From: Candidatus Scalindua sp. | GTDB lineage: Bacteria; Planctomycetota; Brocadiia; Brocadiales; Scalinduaceae | NCBI GenBank assembly: GCA_031316235.1 | Contig: JALDRA010000001.1 | Span: 660,001-692,000, forward strand | Direction: 5' to 3' | Length of the DNA stretch: 32,000 nucleotides | Part shown: positions 16,094-24,692 of the stretch, piece after piece | Layout of the letters: every line of letters starts with the position of its first letter | Numbering within the stretch: the first letter of the stretch is position 1 | Notes under the pieces: generated by a model | Told to the model about the DNA's origin: nothing | The model's database searches: none | Seen by the model: the letters and a program-made list of their open reading frames with translations, nothing else | Translations under genes and position numbers: made by a program

Positions 16094-18280
16094 GTGTTAC
16101 ATCTCTTTAAAATCCACAACAAAATAGTGATCCATACCATATTCTTTGCGATCATGCTCCTCTTACTATCCATAACCTCAGGGAGAAACATACTTCATGC
16201 GGTCGGAACCAGGCAGTGGGTTGACACGGATAAATCAGATTTTGAAAAGGGGAGGTTGGAAAACGTTTCTATCCAGAGTTCCGGGAATCTCTCTTTATCA
16301 CCCGTGAGAAGCAAAGCAATGGAGATCCCGGCAGTCTATGTCTGGTGCCAGGCAAGTAATGGAACTGACTCATCATTTATCGGCACCGGAGATCCAGGCA
16401 CCATATTCATTACCACCCGATTCGGGAATATAATCGAATTCTATAAAACACCGGAGTCACACGTTCAAACGATCGCTATCGATACGTTCGGGAACGTATA
16501 TGCAGGTACTATGCCCCACGGAAGGATTTACAGGGTTACGCCTGATGGTAATGGAGAACTCTTTTGCGACCTGCCGGCTCCGTACGTCTGGGACTTAATC
16601 TTTGACGACAATGGTTGTTTATATGCTGCCACCGGAGATACCGGCATCATATATAAAATCTCCCGGGAGGGAATCCCGTCGGTTTTCTTCGATTCTCCTT
16701 CAACCAACATCCTTGATCTTGTTATCGGCAGGGACAATTCGGTTTATGCAGCCTGTGAACCGGAAGGTATTATCTATAAGATAACAGAGCGAAGCAAAGC
16801 ATCTGTACTCTATAACACAGAAGAGGATGAAATACATTGTCTTGCAATAGGAAAAGATGGTGTGCTGTACGCGGGGACTTCGTCCGGAACACCCCCAACC
16901 CTCCCCTCCCCCACACCGGTACAACCGGAACTGGTCCCATTCCCACCCCCTGTAACGGAATACCCCTTTGAGATCAACGCAAACTCATATGACCTGGCAA
17001 ATTCTTCTCTCAAATCGGCTGATGGAGAGACAGATCAGCCGTATGAGCAAACTATGGCCTCAGCACAAAACTGCATTTACAGGATTGATGAAGAAGGAAG
17101 GGTCAGAAAATTACTCACAATTGAAGACTCTTTTGTCCTCTGCCTTTCTGTGGACAGTAATAACGAGCTCCTGGTTGGTACGGGAAACAAGGCAAAGCTT
17201 CTCAAAATCGATACCCGGGGAGATGTCAGCCTTCTTTACAATTTCGATGAAACTCAAATCCTGGACATTGCTACCTATAGCGATGGAACCAGATCAATAG
17301 CTACGGGGAACAGCGCAAATGTTTACCTCCTCACCAATGAATATTCGAGCCGTGGTACCTATGAATCTGCCGTTCATGACTCCTCGTATGTGTCGGAGTG
17401 GGGAAGCATATCCTGGAACAGCCATACACCAGCACAAACAGATATGAGACTGTACACGAGATCGGGAAATAGCAGAAGACCCGACATCACCTGGAGCGAT
17501 TGGTCACCGGGTTATGGGAAAAGCGGCGAGAAAATCAACAGCCCGGCTGCACGCTTCATTCAATATCGGATACTCCTTACGACCCGCAATCCCAGAGCCA
17601 CTCCGGCCATTAACCATGTCACTATCCACTATTTACCCCAAAACCAGGCTCCATTCATTGAGAGTATAAGGGTAACCTCAGATGAGAAGGGAGAAGATGG
17701 TGAAGAAAACAATAAAGGTGATAAACGTCTATTCTCAAAACTGGTCACCTGGATATCAAGTGATCCTGATGGCGACATGCTCACTTTTGATCTCAAGTAC
17801 AAGATGACAGGTGAGACGGTATGGAAGGATTTGAAACGTGACATCAGCAATAAGGAACAGTATTGCTGGGACACAGAATCTCTGCAAGACGGGTATTACC
17901 AGGTAAAGATCATGGCAAGTGATATCCAAAACAACCCGGATACTTTCGCACTTACAGACGTGAAAAAAAGCGCCCTGTTTTTAATAGACAACACAGTGCC
18001 GGTCATATCCCAATTGACAAAGATCATCAAAAGTGACGAAGATACCATAATCATCACCGGAATGACAAGAGACGAGTTGTGTACGATACACGAGATTCGG
18101 TATTCTCTAGATGCCGGGGAATGGAAAATACTATTCCCGAAAGACAATATCTTCGACTCAAATGAGGAGACCTTCGAGCTTAAGATCCCCTACATGTCAT
18201 CAAAAGGACGCAGCGTAGTAATTGAATCAGTAGATGCAGAAGGAAATATCGGCAGCAGCACAAAACTGTACATTCCGTAG
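16094..18280 (+). CDS. Membrane-anchored or secreted beta-propeller repeat protein with C-terminal Ig/Fn3-like domains
   Basis: The GTG start lies 2 nt after the upstream stop, which implies translational coupling. It has an N-terminal TM segment and repeated G.(V/L)YA(G/A)T...G.IY(K/R)(I/V) blades. The C-terminus (SDPDGD..TF...Y...W..L...YCWDT..L.DG.Y) looks like Ig-like modules. Confidence 0.45.
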   Translation: MLHLFKIHNKIVIHTIFFAIMLLLLSITSGRNILHAVGTRQWVDTDKSDFEKGRLENVSIQSSGNLSLSPVRSKAMEIPAVYVWCQASNGTDSSFIGTGDPGTIFITTRFGNIIEFYKTPESHVQTIAIDTFGNVYAGTMPHGRIYRVTPDGNGELFCDLPAPYVWDLIFDDNGCLYAATGDTGIIYKISREGIPSVFFDSPSTNILDLVIGRDNSVYAACEPEGIIYKITERSKASVLYNTEEDEIHCLAIGKDGVLYAGTSSGTPPTLPSPTPVQPELVPFPPPVTEYPFEINANSYDLANSSLKSADGETDQPYEQTMASAQNCIYRIDEEGRVRKLLTIEDSFVLCLSVDSNNELLVGTGNKAKLLKIDTRGDVSLLYNFDETQILDIATYSDGTRSIATGNSANVYLLTNEYSSRGTYESAVHDSSYVSEWGSISWNSHTPAQTDMRLYTRSGNSRRPDITWSDWSPGYGKSGEKINSPAARFIQYRILLTTRNPRATPAINHVTIHYLPQNQAPFIESIRVTSDEKGEDGEENNKGDKRLFSKLVTWISSDPDGDMLTFDLKYKMTGETVWKDLKRDISNKEQYCWDTESLQDGYYQVKIMASDIQNNPDTFALTDVKKSALFLIDNTVPVISQLTKIIKSDEDTIIITGMTRDELCTIHEIRYSLDAGEWKILFPKDNIFDSNEETFELKIPYMSSKGRSVVIESVDAEGNIGSSTKLYIP

Positions 18281-18564
18281 AGTCACCGGGATATGCTGCT
18301 GCGTCCCCTGGTTCCCTGTTCCGTGTTGTGTTTGGGCACGAAGCAGCATATCCCCGCGATCTGTATGGTAACTTTCAATAAAGCCTTGTTTGTTTTTCGG
18401 TGTGATTACAAATCCGTATTTGATGTAGCACTCCGTAACCTGTCCAGTTCACTTTATCGATACAAAAAGGGTTCTTTCCCTTCCTGTAATTCCTGCATTC
18501 CTTAGCTAAAAAAGTTTTTCCAGGGAGTGCTTAAACGGAAGGGGGAATACACCCATGAAAACCC

Positions 18565-18692
18565 AGTGGTTGAACGAAAACTGCCCAGATACAAGGCGCG
18601 TAATAATTTTGTAACCGGAACGTACTGATGTACTTGAGGATTATGAAATTATTACAGCAACGCCGTAGGTGGGTAGTTTTCGTTCAACCACT
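18565..18692. mobile_element. Family-X MITE-like element, copy X1 (128 bp, with 18-bp perfect terminal inverted repeats)
   Basis: AGTGGTTGAACGAAAACT at 18565-18582 is the exact reverse complement of AGTTTTCGTTCAACCACT at 18675-18692. It has no coding capacity. Confidence 0.8.
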
Positions 18693-18698
18693 AAATAA

Positions 18699-19280
18699 TC
18701 AATTGAGTGAGCGAACGGGACGAACGTAGCGGTTTTTATAACGCCAGCGTACATTGCCAAGGCTGAAGTAGACGCTCCAAGCTTCACCCGAAACATGTTT
18801 ATCGCAAGACCAGATCCCCCACTGTTCACCATCAAATACTGGGTCTATGTAGAGGGCATTACTCTTGCTCGGTTCCAGAAGTGACACCGCTTCATCTAAG
18901 GTCGGCAATCTCCAGTCACTATGTCCCGCATACTTCATCTTATTTAAATTCTTTACCAATTCCGCTGCTTCATGCCACTTCATATAGTTGTCAGAACCGG
19001 ACCGGATCCACATCAAACCAGTGGCATGATCTACCACCACATCTATGCCATTTTCACTCCTCATCTCATAGCTGTGTTTGATTGTGCTGTGCCCATAAAA
19101 CCCCCACTCGTCCTTTTTACGAAGAGAAATGCTCGCCATTGCATAGACCTGGGAAACAGACAAATTCCTGCAATCTGAACGCAGTTTTATCACGGATGCG
19201 CCCTCTTCATCCGACTGTAAACTCTCAGCCGTAAGGAGGAGAGACGATAAGATTACGATAATGAGTAAGTATTTTCTCAT
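18699..19280 (-). CDS. Secreted DUF1566 (Lcl C-terminal-like) domain protein
   Basis: It has a signal peptide (YLLIIVILSSLLLTAES) and the DUF1566 hallmark DWRLPTLDEAVSLL. Confidence 0.6.
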   Translation of the reverse strand: MRKYLLIIVILSSLLLTAESLQSDEEGASVIKLRSDCRNLSVSQVYAMASISLRKKDEWGFYGHSTIKHSYEMRSENGIDVVVDHATGLMWIRSGSDNYMKWHEAAELVKNLNKMKYAGHSDWRLPTLDEAVSLLEPSKSNALYIDPVFDGEQWGIWSCDKHVSGEAWSVYFSLGNVRWRYKNRYVRPVRSLN

Positions 19281-19294
19281 AGTATCTTGAACTC

Positions 19295-19630
19295 CTAAAC
19301 CTCACCAATTCCATTCCCCCTTTGAAGGGGGACGGTTCTGCCTTCAGGCGGAACCCGGGGGATGTCCTTCGCAATTTCTTCTATTTTGTTTTTCAAAGCG
19401 CCCAACACACCAACCATGTTTTTTTTCACATCAACATCTTGAAAACGAATAAACGCAACTCCTAAATCCTGAAGCTTCGTCTGTCTGTTCATATCATAAT
19501 CATATGTTTCATTGTGGCCGCTTCCGTCGATTTCAATAGCCAACATCAATTCGTGGCAATAAAAATCTACGATAAACTCATCAACGGGTACCGCTTTCCC
19601 TATCCCACTCTCACTTTCTGTTATCTTCCT
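19295..19630 (-). pseudogene. N-terminally truncated DUF559 (Vsr-like endonuclease fold) remnant
   Basis: The in-frame translation VDEFIVDFYCHELMLAIEIDGSGH...D..R...L...G.AFIRF matches the DUF559 core. The N-terminal third is missing, there is no ATG, and an in-frame stop lies at 19631-19633. Confidence 0.5.
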
Positions 19631-19722
19631 TTATGTCTCTGTGCCTTTGTACGAATACTTATTTCTAAATTATAAACTTAAGAGAAGATGAGGCAAGTAT
19701 TTTCTTGAGGAAACAAGTCCCA

Positions 19723-19751
19723 TTGACATATTTGCATTTTACATTTATAGT
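19723..19751 (+). promoter_or_regulatory. Putative sigma-70 promoter of dinB (TTGACA-17-TATAGT)
   Basis: It has a consensus -35, a 17-nt spacer and a near-consensus -10, 43 nt upstream of the ATG at 19794. Confidence 0.45.
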
Positions 19752-19793
19752 AATTATTTCAAAAAATAGTTACACAAACACAGATACAAGAAA

Positions 19794-20954
19794 ATGGACA
19801 TCAGGAAGATCATTCATGTTGATATGGATGCTTTTTATGCGGCAGTGGAGGTTTTAGACAATCCATCGCTCAAGGGTCGTCCGGTAATTGTGGGAGGCAG
19901 TCCGGAGAGCCGATCGGTTGTCTGTTCGGCAAGCTACGAAGCGAGGAAATTCGGGATACAATCTGCAATGCCCTGCTCTCTAGCCAAAAGACTGTGTCCG
20001 AATGCACTCTTTGTGAGACCCAATTTTGCCCGATATAAAGAGATTTCAGGCAGAATTCATGAAATCTTCAAACGGTATACCGTTCATATTGAAACCATTT
20101 CCCTTGATGAAGCGTGGCTGGATGTTACCGTAAACCTGAAAAACATACCATCGGCAACCCGGATTGCGCAAAGAATTAAGGAACAGATAAGGGATGAGCT
20201 GAAATTGACCTGTTCTGCCGGGGTATCGTATAATAAATTTCTCTCAAAGATTACCTCGGACGAGAAAAAACCTGATGGGTTATTTGTTATAACTCCGGAT
20301 GAGGCACCTGAATTCCTCAACTCACTGGAGGTTGGTAAGGTATCAGGTGTCGGAAAGGTTACTCAGAAAAAACTTGAAACACTGGGAATAAAGTTTGGGA
20401 GTCAGTTACAGGAGAAGAATGAGGAATTTCTCGTCAAACATTTCGGTAAAATGGGACGTCACCTTTTTCACATTATAAGGGGAAAAGATCCCCGTCCCGT
20501 CTGCAGCCATAGAGTAAGAAAATCGATGAGTCTTGAAAATACCTTCGAAACCGATTTACTGTATGGTGAACGCATTCTGGAAGAGCTGAAAACTCTTGTT
20601 CATGCATTGAGAGATAAGCTGCTAAAACAATCACTTCAGGGGAGAACGGTAACACTTAAAGTTAAATTCGAAGATTTTCAGCAGATTACAAGGAGCATTT
20701 CATGCTATGAACCTTTTACTACCTGTGAAGATATTTTCGGACATTGCAGGGAAAAGCTGACGAATATCTGCAATTTTGAGTTTAGAGGTAAAGGAATAAG
20801 ACTGCTTGGGGTGGGAGTCTCAAATTTTATAACAAATGACCAGGAATATGTGCAATTAGATTTCTGCCACCTGCTCCGGCAGCCATCACCGGTTTATGGT
20901 TCCGGGTTGCCTTGGTACAATAATTGTTTATACTTAAACCGCTTCCTGGCTTAA
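19794..20954 (+). CDS. dinB: DNA polymerase IV (Y-family)
   Basis: It has the N-terminus IIHVDMDAFYAAVE, the motif SLDEAWLDVT, and little-finger homology ending near RLLGVGVSNF...QLDF. The last 30 or so aa look like non-homologous read-through. Confidence 0.9.
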   Translation: MDIRKIIHVDMDAFYAAVEVLDNPSLKGRPVIVGGSPESRSVVCSASYEARKFGIQSAMPCSLAKRLCPNALFVRPNFARYKEISGRIHEIFKRYTVHIETISLDEAWLDVTVNLKNIPSATRIAQRIKEQIRDELKLTCSAGVSYNKFLSKITSDEKKPDGLFVITPDEAPEFLNSLEVGKVSGVGKVTQKKLETLGIKFGSQLQEKNEEFLVKHFGKMGRHLFHIIRGKDPRPVCSHRVRKSMSLENTFETDLLYGERILEELKTLVHALRDKLLKQSLQGRTVTLKVKFEDFQQITRSISCYEPFTTCEDIFGHCREKLTNICNFEFRGKGIRLLGVGVSNFITNDQEYVQLDFCHLLRQPSPVYGSGLPWYNNCLYLNRFLA

Positions 20955-21387
20955 AGAGGCGGGCATTGAAATATCCTTTTATGTTCTCCTCGGTCTTGGA
21001 GGCAGGGATCATTGGCAGAGGCACATTCATAAAACAGCTCAACTTATCAATGAAACAGAACCCGAATATGTTCGCATCAGGCGGTTGTGGCTCTATGAAA
21101 GTGATCCCTGCTTTTCCAGTCCCGAAAGCCCGCTGTTAAAAGAGATCCGGAACGGCGCTTTTCAGCCTCAAACCCCTGAAGGCTGCGTTCGCGAACTGAA
21201 GATGCTGATTGAAAAGCTCAACAGGCTTTCCACATTTGTGGCCTGTGACCACGAAAATAATTATGTACATGTTTCAGGCATCTTGAAAGAGAGCAAAGAG
21301 CGTATGCTTGCCATTATTGATAACTTCCTTACCCTTCCGGAAACAAAAAGAGATGCCCATTATCTTGCAGTTGGTTCTCGAATATAA
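20923..21387 (+). pseudogene. 3' remnant of a radical-SAM family gene (C-terminal half only)
   Basis: The same frame as ORF 21085-21387 stays open back to 20923. It reads LKEAGIEISFYVLLGLGG...EPEYVRIRRLW...FVACDHENNY...MLAIIDNFL, which resembles the C-terminal half of radical-SAM proteins. There is no CxxxCxxC region and no plausible start. Confidence 0.45.
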
Positions 21388-21434
21388 CCAGAAGCATGTA
21401 TGCAGCCAGCCAGCGATCTTCCTCTTCAGTCTGA

Positions 21435-21573
21435 TATACTAAAACCGATTTGGTTTTCGGTTTTACCGGCAACCAGATCCTGGTGAAGGTATCCCCGGAC
21501 AAAAAGCGCCGAGGACCTTACTCGCTCAATTTTTTCCCGGATTGTATCCGAAAACCATTATACGATGAGTATA
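21435..21573 (-). repeat. Family-1 repeat, copy D (full length)
   Basis: It is a 139-bp copy whose reverse complement is collinear with copies C and B+. Its right arm is the CCGGTAAAACCGAAAACCAAATCGGTTTTAGTATA subtype. Confidence 0.9.
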
Positions 21574-21635
21574 AATCAGCCGACTGCAACTGACATTCAA
21601 TGGCGTGGGTCAATGTATCGGGCCTATTTTAATTA

Positions 21636-21665
21636 TTGCAATATCGTTTTGTTGTGTTTTAATAT
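21636..21665 (+). promoter_or_regulatory. Putative sigma-70 promoter of asnS (TTGCAA-18-TAATAT)
   Basis: Both hexamers are good matches and the spacer is 18 nt. An 8-bp hairpin (21670-21677 with 21692-21699) lies in the predicted leader. Confidence 0.3.
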
Positions 21666-21713
21666 TCACCTCTCTTTCTTCTATCACACGCAAAGAGAGA
21701 TGAAAAAATAGTA

Positions 21714-23156
21714 TTGTCTATCATTTATAATTTACTGGCTGAACTTTTTGGTAAGGAGATGATGTTGAAGAGAGTCTATATCGTTGAAGCGCTTAACGGC
21801 AGGGATATCGATAAGGATATTCTCGTGAAGGGTTGGGTCAGGACGAGACGGGACTCAAAAGGAGGCTTTTCCTTCATTGAGATTAATGACGGCAGCTGCT
21901 TGAGCAATCTGCAGATAATAGTTGACGCAGAACTTGATAACTATCAGAACGAAGTCTTAAAACTCTTCCCGGGAAGCTCAATTGGCGTAATGGGAACTCT
22001 GGTAAAATCTCAGGGTAGCGGACAGAGTGTTGAGGTAAAAGCTGCTGAGGTGAAAGTATACGGTTACTGTGACCCGGAGGAATATGTTATCGGCAAACAG
22101 CGGGTTTCGTTTGAACGACTTCGTGAGATTGCTCACCTCAGGGTGAGAACCAACACATTCGGGGCAGTAACCCGTGTCCGTAATAAGCTTGCAAAGGCTA
22201 CCCATGACTTCTTTCAGGAGCGTGGTTTTTTTTATATTAACACCCCCATTATAACAGCCAGTGATTGCGAGGGTGCTGGAGAGATGTTCAGGGTTTCCAC
22301 CCTTGATCCTTCCTCCCTGCCAAAGCGTGAAGGGAATGTCGATTTCAGTCAGGATTTTTTCGGAAAGGAAGCGTTTCTGACGGTAAGCGGGCAGCTGGAA
22401 GGAGAGTGTTATGCGACTGGTCTGGGAAATATCTATACCTTTGGCCCCACCTTCCGGGCAGAAAACTCTAATACCTCACGCCATCTGGCAGAGTTCTGGA
22501 TGATTGAACCGGAAATGGCCTTTGCCGACCTTGATGATGATGCTGAACTGGCGGAGGAGTATATCAGGTATCTGATTACCAGGGTTCTCGAAGAGTGCTC
22601 CGAGGACATGGCATTCTTTAATAATCGTATTGACAAAACCATCCTGGATACCCTCCGACAGGTAAGTGAGAGTAAATTTGTACGCATAAGCTACACAGAT
22701 GCAATTGAGATTTTAAAGAAGTCTGGTCATAAATTTGAATATGATACAATCTGGGGGCGTGATCTCCAGACCGAACATGAACGTTTCCTTACTGAAAAAG
22801 AGTTTAAAAAACCAGTAATCGTCACCGATTATCCCCGGGAAATCAAGGCTTTCTATATGAAGCAGAATGATGATGGTAAGACAGTGGCAGCAATGGATGT
22901 GCTTGTTCCGAAGATAGGTGAAATAATCGGCGGATCACAAAGAGAGGATGATCTGCAAAAGCTTGATGCTCGTATTCAGGAACAGGGAATGAGCCTTGCC
23001 CCATACTGGTGGTATAGAGACCTGAGAAAATTTGGTTCTGTACCTCACGCTGGCTTTGGGCTGGGATTTGAACGGTTTGTGCAATTTGTTACCGGCATGG
23101 ACAATATTCGCGATGTAATCCCTTTTCCCCGGACTCCCAAATCTGCTGAGTTTTAG
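21714..23156 (+). CDS. asnS: Asparagine--tRNA ligase
   Basis: It has class IIb aaRS motifs ([36 protein letters not shown]). The more likely start is ATG 21759/21762 or TTG 21765, just after the AAGGAG at 21754-21759. Confidence 0.9.
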   Translation: MSIIYNLLAELFGKEMMLKRVYIVEALNGRDIDKDILVKGWVRTRRDSKGGFSFIEINDGSCLSNLQIIVDAELDNYQNEVLKLFPGSSIGVMGTLVKSQGSGQSVEVKAAEVKVYGYCDPEEYVIGKQRVSFERLREIAHLRVRTNTFGAVTRVRNKLAKATHDFFQERGFFYINTPIITASDCEGAGEMFRVSTLDPSSLPKREGNVDFSQDFFGKEAFLTVSGQLEGECYATGLGNIYTFGPTFRAENSNTSRHLAEFWMIEPEMAFADLDDDAELAEEYIRYLITRVLEECSEDMAFFNNRIDKTILDTLRQVSESKFVRISYTDAIEILKKSGHKFEYDTIWGRDLQTEHERFLTEKEFKKPVIVTDYPREIKAFYMKQNDDGKTVAAMDVLVPKIGEIIGGSQREDDLQKLDARIQEQGMSLAPYWWYRDLRKFGSVPHAGFGLGFERFVQFVTGMDNIRDVIPFPRTPKSAEF

Positions 23157-23436
23157 TTCGTGGTTGATCCGTAAGAGAAGTGTTCACCGAAAAATTTGGG
23201 AATTCATCCGGCCCTGGAGTGATCACCCTCCGCCTTGAGACTGGTGGGGTATAGGATTACGGAATATCTGCACTGCAAATTAAGCTACCTGAAACCGGCA
23301 GGTTGCCAGGGGGGAATTGTCATACATTTTTTGCTGTTATTCCAAAAAGTGTAAGGATATAATTTTTACATGCTGATTGCTTATTTTCATTCTGCGTTGA
23401 AGTATTCTGGAGTGCCCGGGTTGGAGGAGAACACCA

Positions 23437-23739
23437 GTGTCTGAGTGGATCCATATAGAAAAAGATCCGAAGCATGTTGCCAGGGAGAAAGCGAAGGCAA
23501 AGGATATGAGGAAATTGCAATGGTGGAAGAACAGGATCTCCCCGGGTGTCTGCTACTATTGCCACGATACCTTCCCGCCTGACGAACTTACCATGGACCA
23601 TATTATCCCTTTGTCAAGGGGAGGCAGAAGTACAAAGGGAAATATCGTGCCGTGTTGCAAGCGCTGCAACAACAGGAAAAAATATCTGACCCCGGCGGAG
23701 ATAGCGCTAAACAAACTCAGGGATCAGGATGCACCCTGA
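23437..23739 (+). CDS. Small stand-alone HNH endonuclease
   Basis: It has the HNH core CYYC...DHIIPLSRGG....N.VPCCKRCN. A GTG start is preceded by a strong GGAGGA at 23423-23428. The 3' end overlaps the convergent gene by 33 nt. Confidence 0.75.
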   Translation: MSEWIHIEKDPKHVAREKAKAKDMRKLQWWKNRISPGVCYYCHDTFPPDELTMDHIIPLSRGGRSTKGNIVPCCKRCNNRKKYLTPAEIALNKLRDQDAP

Positions 23740-24435
23740 AAGAAGAAAGAGTAAGAGATAAAAAAAGCAAAGATTCTGCCCCTGATCATTAACAATCAGG
23801 GATCGGACAGTCAGATAAACTGTCAGCCCGTTCAGAATATGCCAGAGAAAGTGTGTGCCTGCAGGAAAGGATGAACATACAATAAGGTCGATCGTGCGGA
23901 AGATTATGGCAAAAAGAAATACACCTGCAGCAGTCAGGATAATATAGGGTTCTCTCCTGCGTTTCCGATAATGGTAGACGCCCAGCACCAGAAGTAACGC
24001 AAATGCTGGTGCATAGATGAGTGAACCATTCAGAATCGGTGGCAGTAGTGTCATGATAGATCCAATCAAGACGAATCCGGTAAGGAAGGCGGCTGTAAGA
24101 TAACACCGAAGGTGCATGACCTGGCGGAAGTAGAGCCATAAAAAGAGGAGTTGAAAGAGGAGAATGGGGATACGGTCAAACCACTCTGCCCACGGTGTTG
24201 CAAAGGTGTGCCACAGGGTGGACCCTGCCCCCACCGTGATAACGAGACCTGTCAGTACCCAGAGACCCGTTGACAGCCCATTACACCGTCTAGCCGTCAA
24301 CCAGGCACAAAATGCAGCAACGAAGAACGCCGCATTCGTTGATGCGTTTAAGGGTTCAGCAAATAACCCTGGTCCAGATCTCTCGCAATACTCCATTGTA
24401 ATTACCTCATTACCATGAGTAATATCGTGCCCCAA
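23707..24435 (-). CDS. Ceramidase-family (alkaline ceramidase-like) 7-TM membrane protein, putative
   Basis: It has N-terminal YCE...AEPLNASTNAAF, then STLWH......W...D.IP, and C-terminal H.LWH. This pattern resembles PF05875-type proteins. The start may be Met14 at 24396. Confidence 0.45.
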   Translation of the reverse strand: MGHDITHGNEVITMEYCERSGPGLFAEPLNASTNAAFFVAAFCAWLTARRCNGLSTGLWVLTGLVITVGAGSTLWHTFATPWAEWFDRIPILLFQLLFLWLYFRQVMHLRCYLTAAFLTGFVLIGSIMTLLPPILNGSLIYAPAFALLLVLGVYHYRKRRREPYIILTAAGVFLFAIIFRTIDLIVCSSFPAGTHFLWHILNGLTVYLTVRSLIVNDQGQNLCFFYLLLFLLSGCILIPEFV

Positions 24436-24530
24436 AGGGAGGACTCATTAATTTCAATAATACCTTGTTTACCCATTGCATATTCATGCAGGTTCCCTCA
24501 TACCGTATCTCATTTCTGCTGAGCCGTTGA

Positions 24531-24599
24531 GGGGTTCAGGGTTCAGGGTTCAGGGTTCAGAGTTCAGGGTTCAGGGTTCAAGGTTCGGAGTTCAGGGTT
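24531..24599. repeat. Heptanucleotide tandem repeat (GGGTTCA), about 9.7 units, 6 of them perfect
   Basis: This is a direct reading of the sequence. It lies between the Kef-type gene stop (24693) and the ceramidase-like gene start (24435). Confidence 0.95.
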
Positions 24600-24692
24600 A
24601 CATTATTCTGTTTACCCTGGTTTTAAGAATGCAGGTACCTCATGAAACCATCCCATGCCTTTCTGACAGTACCCGGTGGCTGTTGCGTGAAG

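Noticed and set aside
18293-18505. A 70-aa plus-strand ORF after the propeller gene. I also considered a possible toxin-like remnant on the opposite strand (…NWTGYGVLHQIRICNH…).
   Set aside because: The ORF starts inside the 18288-18354 hairpin and has no support. The opposite-strand similarity to RelE/HigB-type toxins is too weak to claim by eye.
23161-23290. A possible fourth family-X copy downstream of asnS (GTGGTTGA... and ...AGGATTACGGAAT...).
   Set aside because: Only two short blocks match and the expected right terminus is absent. It cannot be distinguished from chance without a computed alignment, so I mention it only as possible debris.
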